Assembly (NCBI RefSeq): GCF_000757865.1
Contig: NZ_CP007754.1
Span: 120,001 to 152,000, forward strand
Direction of reading: 5' to 3'
DNA length: 32,000 nt
Source of the DNA: Prochlorococcus sp. MIT 0801
GTDB taxonomy: Bacteria; Cyanobacteriota; Cyanobacteriia; PCC-6307; Cyanobiaceae
The position numbers and the translations under genes are program-made. Shown here piece by piece: positions 1-9,708 of this stretch. The notes under the pieces were generated by a model that made no database searches, had not been told where the DNA came from, and worked only from the letters and a program-made list of their open reading frames with translations. Each line of letters begins with the position of its first letter. Position 1 is the first letter of the stretch.

Positions 1-127
1 CAGTTCTTAAATCTATTTTTGGATACCATGTCAAAATAATTCTTAGGAGGAAGGCAAGGGTAAGTGCACCTATTAAAAAAACCATTAAAAAATGTAGGGT
101 TGGAAGACTTTTAATTAACAGAGGCAT
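1..127 (-). CDS. YggT/Ycf19-family membrane protein, N-terminal part (gene runs off the window start)
   Basis: Hand translation of the minus strand from the ATG (cat at 125-127) gives MPLLIKSLPTLHFLMVFLIGALTLAFLLRIILTWYPKIDLRT... The 'LRIILTWYP..D' stretch matches the YggT family signature as I remember it. The ORF is open to position 1. Confidence 0.6.
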   Translation of the reverse strand, partial: MPLLIKSLPTLHFLMVFLIGALTLAFLLRIILTWYPKIDLRT

Positions 128-214
128 CACAAAGCTCAAAGCATTCTTGAATAGATGGTCTAAATCATCTTTTATTGCTTAAGATTACTCGGTCTTGCAT
201 AAGAATTAGCTGAA

Positions 215-385
215 ATGGCTTTTCATTTATTAAATTTGTTCCTTAGTGCTGGAACTTCTAGTGAAGCTGCTACAAGTTCTGCTGTTGGAATGATTGGGAG
301 TTTTCTTGCGGCTGGAGCTTTGATAGTTGCACCTGCTGCGGCTGCATTGATCTGGGTTAGCCAAAAAGATGCATTGAGTAGATAG
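215..385 (+). CDS. psbX: Photosystem II protein PsbX (56 aa, below the ORF-track cutoff)
   Basis: Hand-found ORF, ATG 215 to TAG 383-385: [56 protein letters not shown]. It has a single TM helix followed by 'VSQKD', which is typical of PsbX. The N-terminal extension resembles marine picocyanobacterial PsbX from memory. Confidence 0.75.
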
Positions 386-468
386 CCCTAGCAATCACCT
401 ATTTATGCCATAGACTGATCACAATAAGGTTGGTTTCAACCTGAAAATGTTTATTTAAGAGGGCAAAC

Positions 469-1434
469 TTGGTCAATGCCAGTCTCAATTGGGCCAGCAT
501 TGTTGGCATAGTTCTTGCTGTATGCGGAGCTGGCTTATATTTTCTTAGATCTTTTAAGCCAGCATTGGCAAGGGATTATGATGTCTTTTTTGCCGCTATT
601 GGTTTGCTCTGCGGCGGAATTTTGTTTTTTCAAGGGTGGCGTTTAGATCCCATTCTTCAGTTTGGACAGTTTTTGCTTGCTGGGACCACTGTTTTCTTCG
701 CTTATGAAAGTGTTCGGCTGAGAGGTATTGCAACAGATCAAGCACGAAGATCTTCATATTTTGATGAAGAACCAGAGTTGCCCAGATCTTCAAGAGGAGG
801 TTTGTCTGATGGAGACTCTGATAGGAATTATGATCGATTTGAGCAATCTCAACCCATCAATAGAAGATTTTCAGGTAGAGATGATTATCAAGAAGAATAT
901 TCAGATGATGAAAATTATGGAAGACGGCCATCGAGGGCGGCAATCCCTGAGCAGGCTGTAAGTCGAAGGCCAAGAAATATTAGTTCTTCAGAAATCAATT
1001 CTCGAGGAGCTGAGAGAGACAGGAGAATGGAACGATTTAATTCCGAATCTTCCTCAGATAGATCATCAAGCTTTGGAGATAGGAGAACTAGCCGACAAGA
1101 AACTAGGCAAGGGACACGTCCTTCTGCCAGTGGCCAAACATCAACTCGTAGAAGAAATGGGGCACCTCCTAATTTCTCTCAAACATCATCTTCAAGGCTA
1201 AATTCTGATAATTCAACTAGGCCCTCTGCGGGATCTAATAGGTTTTCTAAAACTAACAACGTTGAAGATGCTGCTTTTTCTAGTGCTGAAAAAGGCGTAA
1301 GACGAGCTAGTAGAAGAAGTGCAAAAAATTCTGGTTCAAACCCTGCTAGTGAAAGACGATCTTCTAAAAGTTCTTATTCATCATCCACAAGAAAGGCGAG
1401 ACCAAGAGATAACAGTTCAAGATTTGATGATTAA
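469..1434 (+). CDS. ycf66: Ycf66-family membrane protein with a long Ser/Arg/Asn/Asp-rich low-complexity C-terminal tail
   Basis: The first ~90 aa (MVNASLNWASIVGIVLAVCGAGLYFLRSFKPALARDYDVFFAAIGLLCGGILFFQGWRLDPILQFGQFLLAGTTVFFAYESVRLRG) fit the Ycf66 N-terminal domain with 3 TM helices. The remaining ~230 aa are hydrophilic low-complexity sequence. The start is TTG. Confidence 0.8.
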   Translation: MVNASLNWASIVGIVLAVCGAGLYFLRSFKPALARDYDVFFAAIGLLCGGILFFQGWRLDPILQFGQFLLAGTTVFFAYESVRLRGIATDQARRSSYFDEEPELPRSSRGGLSDGDSDRNYDRFEQSQPINRRFSGRDDYQEEYSDDENYGRRPSRAAIPEQAVSRRPRNISSSEINSRGAERDRRMERFNSESSSDRSSSFGDRRTSRQETRQGTRPSASGQTSTRRRNGAPPNFSQTSSSRLNSDNSTRPSAGSNRFSKTNNVEDAAFSSAEKGVRRASRRSAKNSGSNPASERRSSKSSYSSSTRKARPRDNSSRFDD

Positions 1435-1445
1435 TACGATAATAA

Positions 1446-1685
1446 TTATCTACTAATTATTCCAGCCCATTCCAAAAAAGAGATTCTGCTAAGTCCTTCA
1501 ACAAGTAGAACTGCCATTAGACCTATCATTGCAAATCTTCCATTTATTCTCTCTGCATAGCCAGTCCAACCAAATTCAGGAATATCATTTGTGGTTGCGC
1601 TAGGTGAAAGATTTTTAATTTCTGAATCAGTTTTTTCTGGCTCAGTTGACTGACGTTCTTGGGTTTTTTCAGTATTTGAGTTCAT
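1446..1685 (-). CDS. hli: High-light-inducible protein (HLIP; CAB/ELIP/HLIP superfamily, one helix)
   Basis: The C-terminal 'FGWTGYAERINGRFAMIGLMAVLLVEGLS' carries the E-x-x-N-G-R-x-A-M-x-G chlorophyll-binding helix motif. It lies 9 nt downstream of the ABC transporter gene on the same strand. Confidence 0.85.
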   Translation of the reverse strand: MNSNTEKTQERQSTEPEKTDSEIKNLSPSATTNDIPEFGWTGYAERINGRFAMIGLMAVLLVEGLSRISFLEWAGIISR

Positions 1686-1694
1686 AGAAAAAAA

Positions 1695-3683
1695 CTAGTT
1701 TTCAGTAAATTGGTAACTTTCAGCAGGCAATAATCGCCAACCTTTGTTCTCAGTTATTTCAAGCACATTTTCATGATAGTTCTTCAAGGTTGGCCTATGA
1801 CCGACGCTAATGCAAGCCATCTCGCGTTTGTTAAGAAGTTCATAAAGATGTTTTTCTGTATTTACATCTAATGCACTTGTTGCTTCATCTAAAACAACAT
1901 ATTTCGGGGAATTCAGCAAAAGTCTTGCGAAAGCAAGCCTTTGTTGCTCTCCCAAAGATAATAGTCTTTGCCAATCTTGTTTGATGTCTAGGTCAGGATA
2001 CCTTTGGATAATTTGAGGTAACTTGACTTCTTCTAAAACGGCTTTTAGATGATCGTCACTGAATCTGTTTTTATCTAATGGGTAACAAAGCTGTTCTCTC
2101 AATGAGCCAAGAGTCATGTATGGTTTTTGTGGAATAAAAAGTAAATCACCATTTGAGGGGGTTTCTATCTCACCAGATTGTATTGCCCATAGACCGCTAA
2201 TGGCTCTAAGTAAAGACGTCTTACCGCAACCAGAAGGCCCTACTACAAGTAAACTTTGACCTGTCTCAAGACTTAGATTTAAGTTATTAATTAGGTAATT
2301 ATCTTTCCCAGGGGTTTTAATACTTACATTCTTGAGAAGAATAGAATCCTTGGTTTTAATTTCAACTTTAAAGTCATCAAATTGGTTGTTTCTAATCTCA
2401 TTCATGTTTGATTGAAATCCTTCAAGTCTTCCTATCGAAGCTGAGAATCTAGCTAAAGCCTCTATTTTGTAAATAATAAAAAATAATGAACCTTCAAGAA
2501 GGTTGTAGTTCAAATTGGCTTGTTGAAAGCTTCCATAGTCCATTTGGCCGCTAAGAATTGGTCCTGCGAGAATAATGAAAGGAATAAAGACACTTCCATA
2601 AATTCCTGAGCGTTGGAGCACTCTTAATAATGCTTCCCATATTATTAAAAGATTAAAGTTATCAACTACAGACTTTAGTCTTCTACTTACTTCTTTTTCT
2701 TCTTGATTTTCACCAGAATAAAAAGCAATTGATTCTGCGTTGTTTCTTACGTGGACAAGACCGTAACGAAAATCAGCTTCAAAACGTAGTTGATCGTAAT
2801 TTAATTTAAATAGTTTTCTACTAGCAAAGAGTAGTAAAGATGAAACTAATGTGGCATAAACAATTAGGGCAAGTGTGAGTTCTTTACTTATACTTAGCAA
2901 GATAAAAATATTTAGTGAAAATACTAATAAAGAATCAAAGATATTTAACGATAGATCAATTGTTTGAGCAGTAAAGTCTCTTGCGTCTTCTGTAATTCTC
3001 TGATCCGGATTATCGACATTCGTGTCAGATTCATCGTTGGGATTTAGTATATAATATGTTCTATCATCTAAATAGTCTGTTATTAGGCTTTTGGATAACC
3101 ACTCTCTCCATAAGAGCTGTAGTTTTGCTGAAAAATAAAATTGAAAGCTTCTTATTGGAAGTGCTGCAATAAAACAAATTCCAAGAATCCACAAATTTTT
3201 ATAACTTTCACTTTCATCCTTTTGAATTAAGGCATTAGTTATATCTCTAACAAGAAATGTAATTCCAGCGTTAATTCCATTAACAGATAATAGCATTAAA
3301 ATAATTACTCCTAGCAAAAGCCAGGGAAGCCACCCTTTTTGCCTTAACTGACCACGAACTGTGATAAATGAAAAAATTCCTAAGGCAAACAAGCTCGAAA
3401 TTATTATTCCCGAAGGACCATTCCAAATCACTTTTAAGGAATTTTGAACTCCTCCTAAAAATTGGTTGGTTACCTCTGGAGCTAAACTCGTTAACAGGCT
3501 CATTAAACCTGTGAGTAAAAATAGAACTGTTCCGCCTACGCAAAATAATAAAGCTATTAATAAATAGAAAAATAGCCAACCATTGTTATTTGTATAAGGT
3601 AGAAAATATGGCTGAGTAAGCTTTCTTAATTTAATTAGTTGGCTTACTAGTCCTTTTTGAGCTTTAGAAATTGATGAGGTCAT
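1695..3683 (-). CDS. Fused ABC transporter permease/ATPase (COG4178 / SbmA-BacA / ABCD-like type)
   Basis: The N-terminal half has multiple TM helices. The C-terminal half has Walker A 'GPSGCGKTS', signature 'LSLGEQQR' and Walker B 'VVLDEATSALD'. There is no N-terminal C39 peptidase domain. Confidence 0.85.
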   Translation of the reverse strand: MTSSISKAQKGLVSQLIKLRKLTQPYFLPYTNNNGWLFFYLLIALLFCVGGTVLFLLTGLMSLLTSLAPEVTNQFLGGVQNSLKVIWNGPSGIIISSLFALGIFSFITVRGQLRQKGWLPWLLLGVIILMLLSVNGINAGITFLVRDITNALIQKDESESYKNLWILGICFIAALPIRSFQFYFSAKLQLLWREWLSKSLITDYLDDRTYYILNPNDESDTNVDNPDQRITEDARDFTAQTIDLSLNIFDSLLVFSLNIFILLSISKELTLALIVYATLVSSLLLFASRKLFKLNYDQLRFEADFRYGLVHVRNNAESIAFYSGENQEEKEVSRRLKSVVDNFNLLIIWEALLRVLQRSGIYGSVFIPFIILAGPILSGQMDYGSFQQANLNYNLLEGSLFFIIYKIEALARFSASIGRLEGFQSNMNEIRNNQFDDFKVEIKTKDSILLKNVSIKTPGKDNYLINNLNLSLETGQSLLVVGPSGCGKTSLLRAISGLWAIQSGEIETPSNGDLLFIPQKPYMTLGSLREQLCYPLDKNRFSDDHLKAVLEEVKLPQIIQRYPDLDIKQDWQRLLSLGEQQRLAFARLLLNSPKYVVLDEATSALDVNTEKHLYELLNKREMACISVGHRPTLKNYHENVLEITENKGWRLLPAESYQFTEN

Positions 3684-3804
3684 ATTATTTTGATTATTTC
3701 AAATTCAATAAATACTTGATTTGCAATAAGGATAAATTGTTTTTCAAATTTAAATTTGATACTTTTTAGAGCAAAAACTCATCAAATTCATTTATTTCTA
3801 TATC

Positions 3805-4086
3805 TTAGCTAAAGCCCAAATATGTTTTTATTATTTTTGGTATTGGTAGCGAGGAAATAAGCTGCATATCAAAAGAATGAACCCCAGGAATAGTTTGATC
3901 TAATACCCAAATGAGCAAAAAAGGGGCATTCAGGATTATCTGCCATTGCCATTTGTAAGTTAGAATTGACCATATTTTTTTTAAAATAGATTGTTGGTTC
4001 TCACTAAGATTTGACCATAAATCTTGTAAATTTGTGTTTGCTTTAGTAATAATGCCGTTTTTATTTTTAGCAGTTTGGGAATCCAT
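3805..4086 (-). CDS. Hypothetical small membrane protein (93 aa)
   Basis: This is the only long ORF in this gap. It has one hydrophobic segment (WQIILNAPFLLIWVL). I recognise no family. Confidence 0.4.
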   Translation of the reverse strand: MDSQTAKNKNGIITKANTNLQDLWSNLSENQQSILKKIWSILTYKWQWQIILNAPFLLIWVLDQTIPGVHSFDMQLISSLPIPKIIKTYLGFS

Positions 4087-4200
4087 CGAACAATATTAAT
4101 TAACTATCTTATAGCGCATGAATGGGTGGAGATGAGTCATCAACTAAGCCAGTAAGGTAATCGTGCTGATAGATCAAGAAAATCATGAAAAATCAATTAT

Positions 4201-4536
4201 TTATCCAGGTGGCCAACTTAATTTCCTTCCTCCAATGATATGAATATGTAAGTGAAAGACTGTTTGACCTGCTTCTTCACCTGTATTAATGATGGTTCTC
4301 CAACTTTTTAAACCAGCAGCGTTGGCAATTTCGGTCCCTTTTAGAATTAAGTGCCCTAGTAATTCTTGATCTTCTTTTTGTATATTTTGCAGACTTGGAA
4401 TAGGTTTTCTAGGAATTATTAAAATGTGAGTAGGTGCTTGAGGGGTAATATCTTTGAAAGCTAGACATTTGCTATCACTAAAAACCTCATCACATGGAAT
4501 TTCACCACTAAGAATTTTATCGAAAATTGTTGTCAT
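4201..4536 (-). CDS. HIT (histidine triad) family nucleotide hydrolase
   Basis: It has the C-terminal histidine triad 'HLHIHIIGG' and the typical N-terminus 'IFDKILSGEIPCDEVF'. Confidence 0.85.
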   Translation of the reverse strand: MTTIFDKILSGEIPCDEVFSDSKCLAFKDITPQAPTHILIIPRKPIPSLQNIQKEDQELLGHLILKGTEIANAAGLKSWRTIINTGEEAGQTVFHLHIHIIGGRKLSWPPG

Positions 4537-4560
4537 TGAATTTTAGGAGAGAGCAATAAT

Positions 4561-4580
4561 AAGAATCTAATTCGATTCTT
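4561..4580 (-). terminator. Possible hairpin between def and the HIT gene
   Basis: AAGAATC-taattc-GATTCTT forms a 7-bp stem with a 6-nt loop. On the minus strand it is followed by ATTATTG. The stem is AT-rich and therefore weak. Confidence 0.25.
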
Positions 4581-4605
4581 TATAACTTGAATTGAAAAGA
4601 TTCTT

Positions 4606-5214
4606 TCAACTCGTTTCTTTTATTACATCGCTTTGATTGAAGTTATTCTCATTTAATTGTTTTTTCAGCTCTTCTTCATCAGTTACTTTATCAACAAAAC
4701 AGACACCATTTAAGTGGTCTATTTCGTGCTGAATGCATCTTGCCATTAGACCGTCTGCATTCATTTTTTTTGGTCTACCCATTTCATCTCTATAACTTAA
4801 TTTGATTGAGGAGGGTCTTAAAACATTGAGGTAAACTCCAGGGATACTTAGACAACCTTCTTCATATGTATCTAAGCTTGCACTAGATGAAATTATCTCA
4901 GGATTTATAAATACCATCGGTGGGGAATTTGGATCTTCAAAATTTAAATCAATAACTAACAATCTCTTTTGTATTCCTACTTGAGGTGCTGCTAAACCAA
5001 TACCTTTTGAAGAATACATAGTTATGAGCATATCTTTCGCTAACTTTCTAATTGAATCATCAACTTTGACGATACGATTAGCAGGAGTTCTTAAGGCCTC
5101 GTCTCCCAGTTGATACACCTTCAAAGGGGGATTCTTGACAGGTTCTTTAGAAACTGAAATTGAGGGCTTCTTTTTTTCTGCATTTTTTGCAAGTTGAGCA
5201 AAACTGCCAGCCAA
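4606..5214 (-). CDS. def: Peptide deformylase
   Basis: All three PDF motifs are present: 'GIGLAAPQVG', 'EGCLSIPG' and 'QHEIDHLNG'. It has a TTG start and a cyanobacterial-style N-terminal extension. Confidence 0.9.
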   Translation of the reverse strand: MAGSFAQLAKNAEKKKPSISVSKEPVKNPPLKVYQLGDEALRTPANRIVKVDDSIRKLAKDMLITMYSSKGIGLAAPQVGIQKRLLVIDLNFEDPNSPPMVFINPEIISSSASLDTYEEGCLSIPGVYLNVLRPSSIKLSYRDEMGRPKKMNADGLMARCIQHEIDHLNGVCFVDKVTDEEELKKQLNENNFNQSDVIKETS

Positions 5215-5294
5215 ATGAGTCTTAAGACAACAACTTTTACACTTTACTTTGTTTTAAGTTCAATGAGTGCATTAATCATTGACTCTCAACATCA

Positions 5295-7229
5295 ATGAAG
5301 AACAAAACAATGAGAATCTTGGATGCTGAAAAAGTTTATGGAGAAGCCCCAATATTTAAAGAGCCTCGAATAATAGGTGATTGGGTTTTATGGTTGGAAC
5401 AAAGACCAAACGAAAAGGGAAGAACTACAGCTTTAATTAGACCTTGGGGACGAAAAGACCTATCACCTCAGGAGTTAACACCTTATCCAAGTGATTTAAG
5501 AACAAAAATTCATGGATATGGTGGTGCTCCGTTAACAGCTACTCTTGATGGATCAGATCTAATATTGACTTGGGTCGACAATAAAGACAACAGCTTATGG
5601 ATGAGAACTTGGTTTTATGATGAAGAAAATGAAAAATCTTCCTCTTTTAAATTCATACCTAAAATAAAATCAACTTGTCTTACAAAAAAACATAATTATT
5701 TTCTTGCAGGTGGCGTGATTGACCTTGAAAAAAATATTTGGATTGGTTTGATGGAGGATGAAGAAGGGGATCATATAGTTTCTTACTCTCTGAAAAAAAC
5801 TGAGCAATATCCAAAATTTATTTATTCATCTCAGGAATTATTAGGTTATCTCGCCCTAAATTTTAAAGATAGAAAGTTGGCATGGATTGAGTGGAAAAAT
5901 ACTTCAATGCCTTGGGATTTAAATGAATTAAAAGTTGCTAAATTGGACGAGAAAGAAAACATAATTAATCTAGTAACTTTGAATAATAAATATTTAAACT
6001 GTACAGATAAAATATCATTTTTTAATCCCATTTGGTCCGAGACAGGTGACCTTTTGGTTGCTGAAGATAGTAGTGGCTGGTGGAATATAACGCAGATTAA
6101 AACTGATTTTAATAATAATTCAATTACTATTTCCCAGAATCAATGGACTATTGAGGCTGAAATTGCTTTTCCACAATGGCTCCTTGGGATGTCGAGCTTT
6201 TCCTGTGTGGGGGATGATGTCGTTGGGGCTTTTGCTCAGGAAGGAATTTGGACTTTAGCTCTATTTCAAAAAAATGGATCTATCAAGACTTTTGAGCAGC
6301 CTTTTATTGAGTTTTCTGGTCTTCATTCCCATCAAAATCGACTTGTTGCAATTGCCAGTAGTGCAGAAATTGCTGAAGGGATTTTTGAAATGGATTTATT
6401 GAATAAAAGTTGGGAACATACTCCTGCCTCTTCATTTAGCTTGGATCCAAAGGAAATAAGTATTGGCGAATCTTTTTGGTTTATCGGATCGAATGAAGAG
6501 AAAGTTCATGCTTGGTATTACCCTCCTCTTAATAAACAAATATTGTTACCTCCATTGTTGGTGAAAAGTCATAGCGGACCTACTGGTATGGCTCGTTGTG
6601 GATTGGATCTTGAGGTGCAATTTTGGACATCAAGAGGTTGGGCGGTCGTAGATGTTAATTATGGGGGCTCTTCTGGTTTTGGCAGGGAATATAGAGATCG
6701 ATTAAGAGGTAATTGGGGAGTAATCGATGTTATGGATTGCACTAAGGCAGCTCAGTCATTGATTGCATCTGGTAAGGCTAATAAGAACCGTATAGCTATT
6801 ATGGGGAGTAGCGCATCAGGTTTTACAGCTTTAGGTTGTTTGATATCTGCTGACATTTTTAGTATTGGTGCATGTAAATATGCTGTAACTGATTTGATTG
6901 GCATGGCTAATTCAACGCATAGATTCGAAGAATTTTACTTAGATTATTTAATAGGTAATATAGAAACTGATTATGAGAAATATCTGAGAAGATCACCAAT
7001 AGAAAATGTGCAGTGTATCGATATGCCATTGATTTTGTTTCATGGATTAAAAGATAAAGTTATACTCTCTGATCAATCTATTGCAATTAAAGATGAATTA
7101 TTAAAACGTAAAATTCCAGTGCAAATTAATTTATATGAGAATGAAGGTCATGGATTTAAGGATGGTAAAATAAAAGTTGATGTATTAAAAAAAATAGAGG
7201 CTTTTTTTAATACAAATTTAAATATTTAA
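5295..7229 (+). CDS. S9-family serine peptidase (prolyl oligopeptidase / acylaminoacyl-peptidase type)
   Basis: The C-terminal alpha/beta-hydrolase domain has the nucleophile elbow 'GSSASGF', 'FHGLKDKV' (Asp) and 'NEGHGF' (His). The N-terminal ~400 aa are beta-propeller-like. Confidence 0.8.
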   Translation: MKNKTMRILDAEKVYGEAPIFKEPRIIGDWVLWLEQRPNEKGRTTALIRPWGRKDLSPQELTPYPSDLRTKIHGYGGAPLTATLDGSDLILTWVDNKDNSLWMRTWFYDEENEKSSSFKFIPKIKSTCLTKKHNYFLAGGVIDLEKNIWIGLMEDEEGDHIVSYSLKKTEQYPKFIYSSQELLGYLALNFKDRKLAWIEWKNTSMPWDLNELKVAKLDEKENIINLVTLNNKYLNCTDKISFFNPIWSETGDLLVAEDSSGWWNITQIKTDFNNNSITISQNQWTIEAEIAFPQWLLGMSSFSCVGDDVVGAFAQEGIWTLALFQKNGSIKTFEQPFIEFSGLHSHQNRLVAIASSAEIAEGIFEMDLLNKSWEHTPASSFSLDPKEISIGESFWFIGSNEEKVHAWYYPPLNKQILLPPLLVKSHSGPTGMARCGLDLEVQFWTSRGWAVVDVNYGGSSGFGREYRDRLRGNWGVIDVMDCTKAAQSLIASGKANKNRIAIMGSSASGFTALGCLISADIFSIGACKYAVTDLIGMANSTHRFEEFYLDYLIGNIETDYEKYLRRSPIENVQCIDMPLILFHGLKDKVILSDQSIAIKDELLKRKIPVQINLYENEGHGFKDGKIKVDVLKKIEAFFNTNLNI

Positions 7230-8473
7230 GAATTTTTCTTTAAAAAAGAAATTACTGATTTTAGTTCTTCAGTAAGAGTATCGATTTCTGATGGAGTAGA
7301 TGTAAAGCTCAAGCTTGCCCTGGCTGTGCTCTTTATCCCATAGAATCGATGGAGTGGTTGGCAGCAATGATGACCACTCCTTATGCAAATATTGTTGTTA
7401 TCAAGTAACTCCGCGAGATCATTGGAGTGAATTCCATTTATGTAAAATGTTGCTAATGGTCCTCGATCAGGCTGAATTTGAGGGCTAGGTCCAAGAATAT
7501 TTAAATTATCTATCTCCTCTAATTTTTCAAAAAGATATTTTGTTAATTCTTTCTCGTAATTATTGATTTCGTTTAATCCAATTGATTGTAAGTAATTAAG
7601 TGCAGTTCCCATACCGATTGCTTCTCCTATGGCTGGAGTACCCGCTTCGAATTTGTGAGGTAAGTCTGCCCAAGTGCTTTTATCCTTGAAAACTTCATTA
7701 ATCATTTCTCCTCCACCAAGGAAAGGAGGAATTTTTTCTAAAATTTCTTCTCTACCCCATAAAAAACCTATCCCAGTGGGACCGCAAAGTTTATGAGAAG
7801 ATCCTGCTAGAAAATCAATACCTAGTTTTTTAATATCTACAGGCTTATGAGCAAGACTTTGACAAGCATCTAAAAGAACTAAGCTACCTTTTTGATGTGC
7901 AAGATTAGTAATTTCCTCGATAGGGTTACAACAACCTAGTGTATTGCTTACGTGAACAAGACTGACTATTTTGGTTTTATTACTCAATTTTTTTCTAAAA
8001 TCATCAAGATCTAGTTCTCCATTTTTGTTAATATCGATATAAATAAGCTTGCACTTTCTTGCTTTGGCGATTAATTGCCAAGGAACGATATTACTATGGT
8101 GCTCCATTAAACTTATTAATATTTCATCGTTTTCCTGAAGTTCATAATTTCCCCATGTATAAGCTACAAGGTTAATAGCTTCCGTAGCATTTCTGGTGAA
8201 AATAATCTCTTTTTCATTATTACTATTAATAAAATTGGCTGTTAATTTTCTTGAGTTTTCAAACTTTTCTGTTGCAATTGCACTTAGCTGATGAGCACCT
8301 CTATGAACATTTGCATTTTGAAAGCTATAGTATTTATTTAAAGAATCTATAACTTTTCGTGGCTTTTGACTGGTAGCTGCGTGGTCTAAATATATTAAAT
8401 TATTTTGATTTCCGTTAAATATTGGAAAATCTGCTCTACTTTTTTCAGCAATATTTTTTACTAAGTTTTTCAC
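7226..8473 (-). CDS. sufS: Cysteine desulfurase SufS (class V aminotransferase)
   Basis: It has 'LDHAATSQKP', the PLP-lysine region 'AGSSHKLCGPTGIG' and the active-site 'RSGHHCCQP'. It is the last gene of the sufBCDS cluster and has a GTG start overlapping the sufD stop by 1 nt. Confidence 0.9.
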   Translation of the reverse strand: MKNLVKNIAEKSRADFPIFNGNQNNLIYLDHAATSQKPRKVIDSLNKYYSFQNANVHRGAHQLSAIATEKFENSRKLTANFINSNNEKEIIFTRNATEAINLVAYTWGNYELQENDEILISLMEHHSNIVPWQLIAKARKCKLIYIDINKNGELDLDDFRKKLSNKTKIVSLVHVSNTLGCCNPIEEITNLAHQKGSLVLLDACQSLAHKPVDIKKLGIDFLAGSSHKLCGPTGIGFLWGREEILEKIPPFLGGGEMINEVFKDKSTWADLPHKFEAGTPAIGEAIGMGTALNYLQSIGLNEINNYEKELTKYLFEKLEEIDNLNILGPSPQIQPDRGPLATFYINGIHSNDLAELLDNNNICIRSGHHCCQPLHRFYGIKSTARASLSFTSTPSEIDTLTEELKSVISFLKKNS

Positions 8474-9708
8474 TATTTTATGTCTTTCATTAATTTCTTA
8501 ACAAAGTTCCATTTTTCAGAACTTTTAGGTAAGTGTGAAATAACTTCATCATAATATCCTTTTAATAATAAAGAATTAGCATGTTCATTATCTATCCCTC
8601 TACTAAGAAGATAAAATAATTCCTCATCTTGAAGTTGGCTTACAGTTGCCCCATGGGTACATTTAACATCATCAGCAACTATTTCCAATTCTGGCTTTGT
8701 ATCGATTCTAGCGCGTTTAGAAAGTAGTAAATTTCTACTTAGCTGCGCAGCTTCTGTCTTTTGAGCCTGTTGCGGGACTTCAATTGAACCATTAAAGATG
8801 CAATGGGAATATTCAGATGCCACGGCTTTTTGTAATTGATCAAGCTTTCCATTTGGGCCTTCAAATCTTATTAGAGAGTGGGTAGCTATTTGTTCGTTTG
8901 ATTTTGTGACTTGAAGATTTTTTATAGTTGTTGAAGCTTCTCCTTCACTTTGAATTATTCTTGGTTCGAATCGGGCATAATCCCAACCATGATGTATTGA
9001 ATGAAGAGAGTATTGACTATTTTTTGATTGTTCTACGGCTACAGTGCAAATTGAAGAGGATTCTTTCTCTTCACCTAAAGAAATTATTCCATGAGATAAC
9101 TCGACTTTTGATTCTAGTTTTATTTCGATTAAGTGATTCTGTGCCGAATTATTATTACCTAGAAAAACTTGTAACAGATCTAATTTTGCTCCCTCTTCTA
9201 AAAGCAGAAAGATTCTAGTTGAGATTGACTTTTTCTTTATCGATGGAATTACTATCTCTAATGATTTATTGAAATTACGTTTAACTTTCAAAGCTAAAAG
9301 TTCTGAGCTTGATGCCTGATTAAGACATACTGATAAGTCATTTTTTACTTGAGTTGACTTAACTATTTTTCCAAGATTCTCTTCAATTTCTTTATCATTT
9401 AGTTTCTCAATTCCATTGGATAAATTAATATTTATAAATTGATTTCTATTAGAATTAATTATAATTCTTTCGCTATTTTCTTCCTTCTCAGGAAATTTAG
9501 ATTTAACATCTTCGCTTTTAATAATTGTTGGTAAAGACAAAAAACTATATAATCTATTGAAGTTGCATAATCGCCAGGCTTCATCTTTATTGGAGGGCAT
9601 TCCATTCTCTAAGAGTAATTCTCTCCCTAATGATTGTTCTTTTTTTAAACAACCTTGTGTTGGAGGGAGAGAATTAAGCCATTCTTGGCAAAGAGTCGAT
9701 GATTTCAA
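8473..9708 (-). CDS. sufD: Fe-S cluster assembly protein SufD
   Basis: It sits between sufC and sufS. The C-terminal SufB/SufD domain reads '[24 protein letters not shown]'. Its TTG start overlaps the sufC stop (TTGA). Confidence 0.85.
   Translation of the reverse strand: MKSSTLCQEWLNSLPPTQGCLKKEQSLGRELLLENGMPSNKDEAWRLCNFNRLYSFLSLPTIIKSEDVKSKFPEKEENSERIIINSNRNQFININLSNGIEKLNDKEIEENLGKIVKSTQVKNDLSVCLNQASSSELLALKVKRNFNKSLEIVIPSIKKKSISTRIFLLLEEGAKLDLLQVFLGNNNSAQNHLIEIKLESKVELSHGIISLGEEKESSSICTVAVEQSKNSQYSLHSIHHGWDYARFEPRIIQSEGEASTTIKNLQVTKSNEQIATHSLIRFEGPNGKLDQLQKAVASEYSHCIFNGSIEVPQQAQKTEAAQLSRNLLLSKRARIDTKPELEIVADDVKCTHGATVSQLQDEELFYLLSRGIDNEHANSLLLKGYYDEVISHLPKSSEKWNFVKKLMKDIK

Noticed and set aside
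596-961. Tracked ORFs at 596-793 (minus) and 728-961 (plus) overlapping ycf66
   Set aside because: They overlap the conserved Ycf66 domain and tail. I saw no features supporting independent coding.
3280-3579. A 99-aa minus-strand ORF in an alternative frame within the ABC transporter gene
   Set aside because: It is on the same strand but out of frame with a gene that has complete ABC motifs. It is a chance ORF.
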